A stretch of 64,000 bases of DNA from Archangium sp. (lineage in GTDB: Bacteria; Myxococcota; Myxococcia; Myxococcales; Myxococcaceae): NCBI GenBank assembly GCA_031367385.1, contig JANLPS010000373.1:18650-82649 (forward strand), written 5' to 3'. The notes beneath the pieces are model-generated. The model had not been told where the DNA came from. It saw only the letters and a list, made by a program, of their open reading frames with translations, and searched no databases. The position numbers and the translations under genes are program-made. Shown one piece after another: positions 40,401 through 49,483 of the stretch (position 1 is its first letter; every line of letters begins with the position of its first letter).

Positions 40401-41054
40401 GACAACCTGAGCACCTCGACGCTCGATGTCAGCTTGAAGACCGATGGCAGCGCCTCGGCCAAGGGCTCGCTCGTCACCCGTGGGTTGTCGGCGCCTGACG
40501 TTCGCCGTGACTACCAGACCAGCGCGACCCGCCAGTCGGTGTTCGAGCAGAAGTGGGCGCAGAGCTTTCCCGGGTTGACGGCGAGCGAGGTCACCTTGTC
40601 TGACCCGAAGGCGCTCGAGCAGCCCGCGACGCTGGGGTTCTCGATGGGCATGCCTCGCTTCGCCGAGGCCTCGGGCACCTCGCTCAAGTTCTACCCCTTC
40701 GGTGGCAGCCGGGCCTTCACCCAGGTGCTCGCCCCCCTCACCGAGCGCACCTGGGACGTCGTGTTTCCCGGAGTGTGGGTCGATCGCCAGACGTGGACCT
40801 ACACGCCTCCCGCGGGCTTCGCGTTGGCCGAGGTGCCCGCTGATTCAATTGAGACGTCGCCGTTCGGCTCGCTGAAGATTCGGGTCAAGAAGCTCGAGGG
40901 CACCAAGTTCTTGGTCGAGGGTGAAATGGTGATGTCGACGGCACGCATTCACGCGGCTGACTACCCGGCGTTTCGGGCGTGGTTGATGCGGGTTGATCAA
41001 GCGTATTCGAAGAAGCTCGTCGTGCAGCGGGGCGGCCAGAGCGCGTCGCGGTGA
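37410..41054 (+). CDS. TPR + DUF3857 + transglutaminase-like domain protein
   Basis: TPR run; RYVALEFG, GDCKDKA and FNHAI.Y...LYLDGT catalytic motifs. Confidence 0.9.
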   Translation: MLFTLLAVQLVAGRLDSPVTDRAEALAKQALAHGHEPRGAGPVIRLHALLEEVDDLNLLAEPFSILLARRSTDERVRVLAQMFMADVERARGRSVKAQDLVKDLGFVQDWHVVGSFENEGKGGCDTDFGPEAATDLKATYPAKGREVGWHRLPGHTVDGFVDLSMAVRPSTAAVAYALTFLQTENELRTSMSLGTSGGFRLFVNGVKVASSDRYNQPRVDQQRVQVTLRKGFNRVLLKVCQETGQLGFYFRAERAEGSRGSLAVALPDAVPPLEKGSAPAAVKLSTLSDVLAERVKAAPNDAELRADLATVLAWTRAWEEKEHTATVEAAKAAEARPADAELQLIAATLEYEDVNQRRHFIERALQAAPKSPWARLQLAQHEMNREHADLALVIANELTQELPSFAPAHLVKIRALENLGMGAAATRASDLAFAHLNFVPGIAREAVSQSHRLDRLSEAIARSRMVLALRYDDLNTRRGLASMLADVGQVDEAADQYRKVLALDPFDLQTVLRLADLLSANSKPAEARAMFEVARVVAPDEPEVYERQGRALLHAALKDEALAAFTKSLQLRPQNPTLKETVRSLRGDDLADAAPFALPMAPLLEQAKALKGEDAVYLADVTAVRVQSSGLSSRFNQTVVKVMSDRGVEAFRSLPITYSPDRQEVRVLKARITKPDGSVVDSFGDQDRNINEPWTGMYYDAHARVLSFPSLEPGDVLEVQWRLEDTSLDNLLSDYWGDVDPVQSVFSKKHYLYVVDMPKSRPLYWNASSLAKWIKPETTPDGDRVVYRFRADDVVKVVPEPQMPGWAEVASPLHLSTYKSWEDVGRFWWGLVRDQLQPNDELRKTVDQVLKGVDRKDEAKVVAAIYGFVVTNTRYVALEFGIHGFKPYRVDRVLSRRFGDCKDKASLIVSMLKVAGVDSRLVLLRMRNLGTINAEPASLAAFNHAIAYVPSLKLYLDGTAEFYGSHEMPGADRVANVLIIEPDGKSQFLTTPEASPEDNLSTSTLDVSLKTDGSASAKGSLVTRGLSAPDVRRDYQTSATRQSVFEQKWAQSFPGLTASEVTLSDPKALEQPATLGFSMGMPRFAEASGTSLKFYPFGGSRAFTQVLAPLTERTWDVVFPGVWVDRQTWTYTPPAGFALAEVPADSIETSPFGSLKIRVKKLEGTKFLVEGEMVMSTARIHAADYPAFRAWLMRVDQAYSKKLVVQRGGQSASR

Positions 41055-41061
41055 AGCTGCC

Positions 41062-43814
41062 TCACCGGGCCGGGTGGTCGCCGAGCCAGCCGCGCACTCG
41101 TGCCGTACGGCCGTTGGTGTCGCCTTCAACGGTGGCGAGATCGCTCAAGGCCTGCTCGGCCAGTGAGCGCGCGGTTTTCGTGTCGCCGCGCTGCCAGTGA
41201 AGCTCGGCCAGCGCCAGATGCGCACGCGAGAGATCATCGTTGCTCCCGAGGGTGAGCAAGCCTTGCATCGCCGCGCTGATTCGGGCCTCGGCCTCTGCGT
41301 ACCTGCGAAGGTCGAGCAGCGCCAACCCCTGACCGAGTTGCTGCACCGGCCCCAGGGTCGACTCCAATTTGGTCGCCAGGGCGCTCGCGCGGGTGAAGGC
41401 TTTGAGCGCCTCTTCTGGTCGGTGAGTGAGCAGATAGAACTCTCCGAACAGCGACGAGGTCTCGAAGACGACGGTGCCCTCGGGCGCCACCCGATCGGCG
41501 ATGTCGAGCGACTCTCTGAGGGCCCGCTCGGCTTCGTCGTAGCGGCCCAACTGCGCCAGCGCGAGGCCCTTCGAGCCCATGACCTCGGCGAACAAGGTGT
41601 GCTCGTGCCCCAACACTTCGAGGCGCGTCGCGATCGCTTGATCAGCCATCGCCAAGGCCTGCTCGGGGGCGTGGAGCGAGAGGTACATGTTCGCGAGGTT
41701 CGCCTGGCTGAAGGCAACATCGGGGTGATGCGGGCCCACACGCTGAATCAGAAGCGCCACTGATTTCAAGCCTTCATCGCGCGCGCGGTAGGTGTGGTGA
41801 AGCGCCAGATCTGCCAGGGCCACGTTGTCGTTCAGGTCGGAGATCAGCTCAATCGAGTCGGGGATGGAGCGCTCCGCGATCTCCAAGCCCCGCCGGTACG
41901 ATTCGGCAGCCATCTCGGCGTTGCCCCGCACGAGATACACGTTGCCGCGAATCACTTCGAGCTTCGCCGCCGAGTACGCGTTGTCTTTGATTCGGCTCAG
42001 CATGTTCTCAGCCAGCCGGCAGTAGGTCAGCAGCTGCTCGAGGGGTTCGCCGGTCTCGATGCCGAGGCTCGCCAGGCCAACGGTGCCGAAGAACCGAATC
42101 TGATCATCGCCCGCGAGCTCTGAAAGCCGCACGGTCTCGAACACCAGGTCTCGAATCACGGAGTAGTGGCCGAGCCGGCCGTTGAGTTGAATCAGCCAGC
42201 GGGTAGCCGCTGCTTGCAACGGGGCGTACCCGAGCTCGTTGGCGTCGGCGGCCACCTTCTCCATCGCCGCGAGCGCGTCTTGATAGCGACCCACGCCGAT
42301 GAGCGAGGTGGCCTCGGCGAGCCGATGCTGCACGAGCTCGATTCGGCGTCGCTGATCAGCGTTCTTCGGCAGCGGCATTCGGCGCTCGAGCGCGGCGATG
42401 TCGGAGCACTGGCTCAACACCGTCAAGCTGCTCATCGCCTTCGGCGCGGCTTTCACGGTGTTGGCGTCGGCATTGATCAGTAGGTCGGTCAGCGAACGCA
42501 GCTCATCGAGGCGGTCGTTCAGGCAGCGCATGCGCAAGGTCAACACCGCATCGGTCTGCACGCCCGTGACCCAGGTCGCCTCGCAGGCCTCGGTGTGCTG
42601 CGCGACCCACTGCCGCGCATAGACATCGAGCGAGCCGCGAACCGTGCGCCACACATCGTTCGCATACGGTATGCCCGACTTCTCGAACGCCTCGGTGATC
42701 GCCCGTTTGCGTGGCTCGTCCCACAGGCCGGCGAGCTTGCTTTCGGCCGCGGTGCATCGCTGGGTGTGGCGTTGAAACGCGGTCACCGCACCCACACCCA
42801 GGGCAATGAGAGCCATCGCCACCCCCGAGCCCCGAGCCCGCGAGCCCGCGAGCCCGCGAGCCACCGTCTGCGCCGTTGCGTCGGGTCTTTCGACAGCGCC
42901 TCGAGCAGCGAGTCGAGCGAGTCGAAACGCGAAGCCGGCGCGGTGCTCAACCCACGCACCAGCACTCGATGCACCCAGGCCGGCACCCGCGCACCGGCCG
43001 GAGGGGCCTCGAGCTCGCCCGCCTTCACCGCCTTCACCAAGGAAACGACATCGTCATGGCAAAACGCGGGCTGGCCGTAGAGCGACCGGTAGAGCGAGAC
43101 GCAGAAGCTGAATTGATCAGTCTTCTCATTGGCCGGGCTGCCATCGAACTGCTCGGGGGCCATGTACCCTGGCGTGCCCAACACCGTCGCGGCGTGGGTC
43201 AGGTGCGTCGAGAGCAGGCTGTTCTTTGCGGCCGAGAAAGCCTCGACGGGCTCCTCGCTCACCGTCGCCCGGGCAAGCCCAAGATCAGAGACGTGCACGT
43301 CACCCGCGAGGCCGATCAGCACGTTGTCGGGCTTGAAGTCGCGGTGAACGAGGCCCGCGTGATGCGCGGCGGCCAGGCCCCGGCCGGCCTCGAGGTAGAC
43401 TGCGATGATCTCCTGCCACGAGCGTTGCTTCGCCCTGACCCACTGGGTGGCGGTGGTGCCGTTGATCAGCTCCATCGCCAAGAAGACCCGGCCCTCGACG
43501 ACGCCCACGTCGTAGATCGCGACCACGTTCGGGTGCGAGAGCTTGGCCATCGCCTGGGCTTCACGAATCAACCGGGTCTGCGCGTCAGTGCCCGCGGCGG
43601 GGCTGCGCACCAACTTGAGCGCGACCCTGCGATCGAGCTCGGGGTCGATGGCGGCGTACACCTCGCCCATGCCCCCGGCGCCGAGCACGTCGAGCACCAC
43701 GTAGCGCCCGAGCACGCTGCCCCGCTTGAGCGGCGGGTCGACGTGAAGCGCCACCGGCGGGCCGACCTCCGCGGTGACGTCGGTGATGGGGTTCGGGGGT
43801 TCGGGCAGGGGCAT
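41062..43814 (-). pseudogene. Ser/Thr kinase-TPR protein split by a frameshift at 42826-42862
   Basis: Kinase motifs (LGAGGMG, HRDFKPDN, APEQ) lie in ORF 42783-43865 and TM + TPR in ORF 41062-42864. The junction falls in an 8-bp tandem repeat. Confidence 0.85.
42826..42862. repeat. Simple sequence repeat (CGAGCCCG)x3 plus partial copies
   Basis: Read directly: cgagccc cgagcccg cgagcccg cgagcccg cgagcc. Confidence 0.9.
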
Positions 43815-43965
43815 GCGACACCGTGATTTCGCTTTTGTAAAATTGTGCCACGGGCCGTGAAGCACCGATACTTCGCGTCGTGACGATGATTCTCGTGCCG
43901 CCCACGCCCGTTGCTCGCGAAGACCGCCTCACCCTGCTAGCCCTCTTCGAGAAGGGTGAGCGCCG

Positions 43966-45060
43966 ATGATCTCGCTGTCACGGTTTTATGCGCGCGCGTT
44001 CGGGTTGGCGACGGCAGCGGTGTTGGGGTTCTTGTTGTTGCTGGTGCTCAAGCCGTTCGCGGCGCCGATTCTCTGGGCGGCGTTGCTGGCGTTCATGCTG
44101 CAGCCGCTCAACCATCGATTGATCACCCGATGGCAGCGGCCCGGGCTCGCTGCGGGGCTGGTGACGGCGTTGATCTCCGTCGTCACCATCGGCCCGGTGG
44201 GGGTCTTTCTCTTCGCCTTCGTGCGGCAAGCCACCGAGCTGCTGTTTCGATTTCAGGCCGAAGCCGAGGGCCGAAAGCTGCCCGCGCTGCAGCTGGTGCT
44301 CGAGCTGGGCCCGGTGCAGAAGCTGCTGGCCTCGGTCGAAGAGTTCACCAGCCTCTCGAAGGCGCAGATCGTCGATCAGGCCACCTCGGCCGCGCAATCG
44401 GTGCTGCAGCAGGTGGCTGCGCTCGGCAGCACCGTGGTGTTCGGGTTGTTCACCGTGGTGAGCCAGTTCGCGCTGACGATGTTCTTGCTGTTCTTTTTCG
44501 TGCGAGACGGCCGGCAAATGCTCGAGGTGGGCTTGGCGCTGGTGCCGATGTCGAGCGAGCGAAAAGAAGATCTGGCGAAGACCCTTGGAGGGGTGACGCG
44601 CGGCGTGGTGCTCGGCACGTTGGTCACCGCGGTGGTGCAGGGCACGCTCATCGGCCTCGGGTTCGCGATCGCCGGTTTGCCTTCGCCATTGGTCTTCGGC
44701 GCAGTCGGAGCGTTGGCCTCCCTCATACCCGTCGTGGGCACGTCGCTGGTGTGGGTGCCGGCGTGCATCTCGCTGGTCGCCACGGGCCAGACCGGGTGGG
44801 CCGTCTTTCTGTTGATCTGGAGCGTCGTGCTGGTGGCTGGCTCCGACAACGTGATTCGCCCGCTGGTGGTCAGCAGCTCGTCGAACGTCTCGACCCTGCT
44901 GGTCTTCGTCGGCGTTCTGGGCGGCGTCAGCGCCTTCAACTTCGCCGGGCTGTTCGCCGGGCCGGTGCTCTTGACCCTGGTAGCGGCGTTGCTCCGGTTT
45001 GCGCGCGAAAACAGGGGCCGGGTGTCCCTGAGTGAGCTTATTGAAGATATAACTATTTGA
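43966..45060 (+). CDS. AI-2E family transporter
   Basis: KPF.APILWA, LFFFVRDG, ASLIPVVG, DNVIRP and GLFAGP. Confidence 0.92.
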   Translation: MISLSRFYARAFGLATAAVLGFLLLLVLKPFAAPILWAALLAFMLQPLNHRLITRWQRPGLAAGLVTALISVVTIGPVGVFLFAFVRQATELLFRFQAEAEGRKLPALQLVLELGPVQKLLASVEEFTSLSKAQIVDQATSAAQSVLQQVAALGSTVVFGLFTVVSQFALTMFLLFFFVRDGRQMLEVGLALVPMSSERKEDLAKTLGGVTRGVVLGTLVTAVVQGTLIGLGFAIAGLPSPLVFGAVGALASLIPVVGTSLVWVPACISLVATGQTGWAVFLLIWSVVLVAGSDNVIRPLVVSSSSNVSTLLVFVGVLGGVSAFNFAGLFAGPVLLTLVAALLRFARENRGRVSLSELIEDITI

Positions 45061-45194
45061 TATTACTACGTCAAAGTTGCGTGATGAGTGAATGAGAAAC
45101 TGTGTGACACCTTTTTCTGCCGCGCTGCGCAACTCGCCCCGAGACGGCCCCGACAATTCAAGCTCCAGCCCCAGTCGTCGACCGAGGTGTTGCC

Positions 45195-46325
45195 ATGACC
45201 ATCAAATTCGTCACCAAGCCGCCGACGCAGCCGAGCAGCACCCTCGCAGAAGAGAAGGGCTCGTTTTACGTGAGCGCAACCTCTGCTCACGAGACCGCGA
45301 GCCCGGCCGTCAAAGCCTGGCTGCCCTACGTCGATGGCCGTTCATCGCCCCTGGGCGCGAACGGGCCGCTCTCGGCCGTCAAGCGCATCGGCACCGTCTC
45401 GGCTGGTGGCCCGGCTGATTTCATCGCCAAGGCCGCGGCGACCAAGGAGTGGAAAGACTCACTGGCGCTCACGCCGAAGAACCAAGACTTCTTCTCGAAT
45501 GACTACAACCCGGTGGGCGCCGAGAGCGCCCTCAACGAGCAGCGATATCTCGGCGCGATGTTCCCCCTCTACATGACGGCGGCGGTGATGCCGGGCGGCC
45601 TCAGCAACATCTCGACCATCGAAGCGCTGCAGCCGGGTGGCACGTTGGGCATCGCGGGCCGCGGAGGCATCAACAACGCCGCAGGGTGGATGGGCGCGCT
45701 CGGCCCGACTGGCGCCTACGCGATGCGTGGGCTGCACGTGAAGGCCTCGACCGGTGACTACGTCGACGCGAAGGGCAAAGTCGTCGGCGAAATCGACAAC
45801 GTGAAGTGGGACGACACCGAGTCGCGCTCACTGCCGCTGGTCGAAAAGTACAGCGCCTCACGCGCCAAAGCGCTCTCAGATGCCGGCAAGCTCGACGCCT
45901 CGTGGATGGTGGATCAGGCGATCAAGCGCGACGGTGATTCGGTCACCTACAAGTTCACCGCGCCGAAGGGTCAGTTTTTGAACCTGGTGGTTCTGCCAGC
46001 TGATCAAGACTCGGCGCAGGCCACCTTGCCCAACACCAAGGCCTCGGCGCAGAGCGACTTCGATCTCGAGGTGCTCAACTCGAAGGGCGAAGTCATCGCG
46101 AACTCGATTCAGCGCGACGGCAACATCGACTGGATTCAGATGTACAACCCCGAGCAGAAAGAGCTCTCCGTTCGGGTGAAGCTGCACTCGCACTCCACTG
46201 GCAGCCAGGGCAGAGAAACCAAGTTTCGCCTGGTCGTCGACACCGCGACCGACAAGGTCAAGCCGGTCGACACCGTGCACGGCGCGCATCAGCTCAAGCC
46301 CGGTACCCTCGCCGTCGAGGAGTGA
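45195..46325 (+). CDS. Hypothetical protein with C-terminal PPC-like beta domain
   Basis: GAGG RBS; strong codon bias; SDFDLEVLNSKGEVIANS...DWIQ; no signal peptide. Confidence 0.75.
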   Translation: MTIKFVTKPPTQPSSTLAEEKGSFYVSATSAHETASPAVKAWLPYVDGRSSPLGANGPLSAVKRIGTVSAGGPADFIAKAAATKEWKDSLALTPKNQDFFSNDYNPVGAESALNEQRYLGAMFPLYMTAAVMPGGLSNISTIEALQPGGTLGIAGRGGINNAAGWMGALGPTGAYAMRGLHVKASTGDYVDAKGKVVGEIDNVKWDDTESRSLPLVEKYSASRAKALSDAGKLDASWMVDQAIKRDGDSVTYKFTAPKGQFLNLVVLPADQDSAQATLPNTKASAQSDFDLEVLNSKGEVIANSIQRDGNIDWIQMYNPEQKELSVRVKLHSHSTGSQGRETKFRLVVDTATDKVKPVDTVHGAHQLKPGTLAVEE

Positions 46326-46361
46326 CGCCGCCTCAAACGAAGTGGCGTACACTGCCGCGCT

Positions 46362-47483
46362 GTGAACGCACTCGACGAGCTGGCCACGATTCTCAAACCG
46401 GCGGGTGGCGGGCTCTATCTGGTCTCGACCGGGCTCGCCGAGCAACAGCGTCTGCAACGCACGCTCTACCGCGCTGACAGCGATGCCGAGGTACAGCTGC
46501 GGTTTCGCGATTCGCTCGAGCGCTTGAGCACGGCCAAGGGCGCGATGCTCGGCATTCCCTCCGATGTGGGTGCTGGGTTCTTGCGAGGGGCGAACACCGG
46601 GCCGCAAGCGATGCGCCTCGAGCTGATCGACGCTTCACCTGATTGGCTCGAGCACGCAAAAGGCCTGGGGTTGGTCGACATCGGTGACGTGCTCTGCGTG
46701 CCTCAGCTGCAACATGATCACATGCTCTCGGCTGATCAGCTGGCCGCCTCGCGCGCCGCGCTCTACCCGAACCTGCCGCAGAGCGACCGCGACGCGCTGC
46801 CGGTGTCTCCACTGTCAATCGCCGAGCGGGCCTGGGCGCTGATCTTCTCGATCAACCCCACCATCAAGCCCTTCGTGCTCGGAGGAGATCATTCGACCGC
46901 GCTGCCCGGCGTGCTCGCGCTCAATGACGTCTACCGACGCCACGACCTAGGGCCGCTGGGCGTGGTTCAGCCAGACGCGCACACTGATCTGCTCGAGCGC
47001 CGGCTGGGCGTGAAGTACTGCTTCGCGACCTGGAGCTGGCACGCCAACGAAGCGCTCGGCCGGCAGGGGCGGCTCACCCAGGTCGGCATTCGCGCCTCGG
47101 GTCGAGATCAAGCCCACTGGGAGCGCACCACCGACGTGCGCCAGTTCTGGGCCAAAGACATTCTCGCCAACCCCGCTGACGCGCTCGATCAGGTGGTGGC
47201 GCACGTGAAGGCCAGCGGCGTGAAGGCGATTTATTTTTCGAACGACATCGATGGCACCGATTCGCGCTGGGCCGATGCCACCGGCACCCCCGAGCCGAAC
47301 GGGCTGACCCCCGACTGGGTGGTCGAGCTGATTCGACGGCTCGGCCGCGAGGTCGGGTTGGCCGGCGGTGACATCATGGAGGTCGCCCCCTCGCTCACCC
47401 GAACACCCGAGAGCGCGCCGCGCACCATCAAGCTCGCGGTGCGCTACCTGCGCGAGACGTTCACCGCTGCGCTGGGCCACTGA
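46362..47483 (+). CDS. Arginase/agmatinase family ureohydrolase
   Basis: GGDHS, DAHTD, SNDIDGTD, TGTPEPNGL and DIMEVAP. Confidence 0.9.
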   Translation: MNALDELATILKPAGGGLYLVSTGLAEQQRLQRTLYRADSDAEVQLRFRDSLERLSTAKGAMLGIPSDVGAGFLRGANTGPQAMRLELIDASPDWLEHAKGLGLVDIGDVLCVPQLQHDHMLSADQLAASRAALYPNLPQSDRDALPVSPLSIAERAWALIFSINPTIKPFVLGGDHSTALPGVLALNDVYRRHDLGPLGVVQPDAHTDLLERRLGVKYCFATWSWHANEALGRQGRLTQVGIRASGRDQAHWERTTDVRQFWAKDILANPADALDQVVAHVKASGVKAIYFSNDIDGTDSRWADATGTPEPNGLTPDWVVELIRRLGREVGLAGGDIMEVAPSLTRTPESAPRTIKLAVRYLRETFTAALGH

Positions 47484-47531
47484 ACCAACGGGCTTTGCAG
47501 CCACGGCCTGCTGTGGCAGGGTCCGCCGCCC

Positions 47532-47828
47532 ATGAGAGCCGCTTTGTTCGCCGTGATGTTCGCCGCAGTCGCGCTCGTTGGGTGCAAGAGCCCCTGCAGG
47601 CAGCTTTCAGAGAAGCTGTGCGAATGCGCCGGCAACAGCACCGACAAGAACAACTGCCTCGCGCTGGCCTCCTCGAAGGAGGGCGCGAACCCTGCCAATG
47701 ACGTCGACAATGCGTACTGCACCTCCTTGCTGCCCCAGTGCGACTGCCGGTTGATCGACACCACGCCGGGCAGGGTGCGCTGCGGCCTGGCGTACCCACT
47801 CGACGGCGGCACCGTCAGCGGCCACTAG
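47532..47828 (+). CDS. Small Cys-rich lipoprotein
   Basis: LVGC lipobox followed by 8 further Cys. Confidence 0.75.
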   Translation: MRAALFAVMFAAVALVGCKSPCRQLSEKLCECAGNSTDKNNCLALASSKEGANPANDVDNAYCTSLLPQCDCRLIDTTPGRVRCGLAYPLDGGTVSGH

Positions 47829-47851
47829 CGCTGACCGCCGCGGTTTAAAGC

Positions 47852-48050
47852 TTTCTTCGCGGGTCGCACTCCACTATGCGGCCTTCTGTCGGAGAGGGAA
47901 TCTGGTGCGAAACCAGAACTGCCCCGCAGCGGTGAACAGGAACGAAAGCCGTCAACTCGAAGCACTGGGCGCGAACCGCCTGGGAAGCGACGGCCAGTAG
48001 GAGCTCCATCGTGGAGCGCGCCTGTGAGTCCGAAGACCTTCCGGTGAAGT
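47852..48050 (+). promoter_or_regulatory. Cobalamin (B12) riboswitch
   Basis: AGGGAA-TCTGGTGCGAAACCAGAACTGCCCCGCAGCGGT, CACTGGG...CTGGGAAG and B12-box AGTCCGAAGACCT. Boundaries approximate. Confidence 0.9.
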
Positions 48051-48184
48051 GAAGAAGTTCCACCTGCTCCGAGGGGAGCGCGTTGGGCAGCACGGCTCTT
48101 TTCAGAGTGTTGTCTGTACGTCTCTCGCCTTTCGAAGCCTCGAGTCGCGGCCCGCGGGGGCTCGCGAAGAAAAGACGACGTCAC

Positions 48185-49483
48185 ATGAAGTCACCATTTT
48201 TGAAGTTGTTCTTAGCCGCCACCCTCGGGTGCGCGGTTGCCGGCTGCCCGACTGCCCCCATCGTTGGCATGGTCTCATCGTGCAATTCGAACACCTGCGC
48301 CAATGGGTGCTGTTCGAGCACCGGCACCTGCGTCACCACCAACTCGAACGCCGCGTGTGGGTTGAGCGCGTCACTCTGTGACGTGTGCGCCGGCAGCAAC
48401 GCCTGCAGCGCCAGCGGCTTGTGCGAGCCGGTCATCCGCCCCAAAGACGCGGGCACCATCGACTCCGGAGTCGTCTCGGGCCTCGACGCGGGCCGGGTGG
48501 TCGACGCGGGCAACCCCTGCATCGACGCACCGGGCGACGCGGTATTGGGCACCTTCACGGCGATGAACGGCGCGACCGTGGCCACGTCTGGCACGCTCCC
48601 CGCTGGAGTCATCGCCCTGGCCGAGGTCAACGGCACACTCTATGGCCTGACCGCCACCCGCACCGTGCACGCGATTGGCGCTTTTCCTGGGTTGGTGTTG
48701 GGCCCGGCAATCGCGAACATCGTGCCCGCGAGCGTCGATGCTGGCGCCGATTCGTTGTTCATTTCAGGCTACTTGGCCTCGACCGGCACGCAGCTGTTGG
48801 CGGGCTACACCCAGGTGGGCGCTGATTTCCCCGGGCAGGTGGCGGTGATTGACGTGGCCGATGGGGGCGTTCAGTTCGTCAATGCGCCCGGTAACTTCGA
48901 CGCGGTCGGCATCGACGGCGGGTTCGTGATCAACGGCGGCGGGTTGGGCTCGCTGACCGGCACTGCGGTGTACGGCCTGCGACCCGGAGCAGCCACTCCC
49001 GCGTCAAAGCTCACCTCGTTCGATTCGACCTTCAGCGTCAACGGCAGCGGCACCGCGGCAGTGACGAGCCAGGGCGTGCTGTTGCTCGGGTATTCGCAGA
49101 GCCCCAACTACGAGAACTTCGTACGGGCACTTCGACCTGAGATCTACGCGGCTGCATTGGCGGCGGGCACGCCCTTCGTCTTCTCGCCCACCGAGTCGGT
49201 GGTGGTGCACGGCTTCGATGTCTCCGAGGTCGATGCGTTCGGCACTTCGGCGATCATCGTGCGTGGTGGGTATGACACTGGCCCCTACACGACCAAGCTC
49301 GAGCGCGTGCCGCTGACCCTGGCGAGTGGCGTCGATGTGGTGACGGTTGGCACCGCCTCGACCGTGCTGCAGGAGAATGGCTCGAAGTGCACCCGCATTC
49401 TGTTCACCAGCACCTCGGCCAGCTCGCTCTACCTCGCGGTGCAAGACCTGCGCGGCAAGCGGCTGGTCAAGTTGAACCCGTGA
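48185..49483 (+). CDS. Riboswitch-downstream lipoprotein: Cys-rich N-domain, DAG linker, possible beta-propeller-like domain
   Basis: VAGC lipobox; CANGCC...ACG...C..C repeat; beta-rich C-terminal region. Confidence 0.75.
   Translation: MKSPFLKLFLAATLGCAVAGCPTAPIVGMVSSCNSNTCANGCCSSTGTCVTTNSNAACGLSASLCDVCAGSNACSASGLCEPVIRPKDAGTIDSGVVSGLDAGRVVDAGNPCIDAPGDAVLGTFTAMNGATVATSGTLPAGVIALAEVNGTLYGLTATRTVHAIGAFPGLVLGPAIANIVPASVDAGADSLFISGYLASTGTQLLAGYTQVGADFPGQVAVIDVADGGVQFVNAPGNFDAVGIDGGFVINGGGLGSLTGTAVYGLRPGAATPASKLTSFDSTFSVNGSGTAAVTSQGVLLLGYSQSPNYENFVRALRPEIYAAALAAGTPFVFSPTESVVVHGFDVSEVDAFGTSAIIVRGGYDTGPYTTKLERVPLTLASGVDVVTVGTASTVLQENGSKCTRILFTSTSASSLYLAVQDLRGKRLVKLNP

Noticed and set aside
43833..43851. 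Sigma54 promoter TGGCAC-AATTT-TACA upstream of the split kinase (minus strand)
   Set aside because: The -24 element matches but the invariant -12 GC is absent.
47532..47828. Small Cys-rich ORFs (also 4049-4366) as lanthipeptide precursors
   Set aside because: Both have Sec signal peptides (lipobox or MYXO-CTERM) and an even, disulfide-like Cys pattern.
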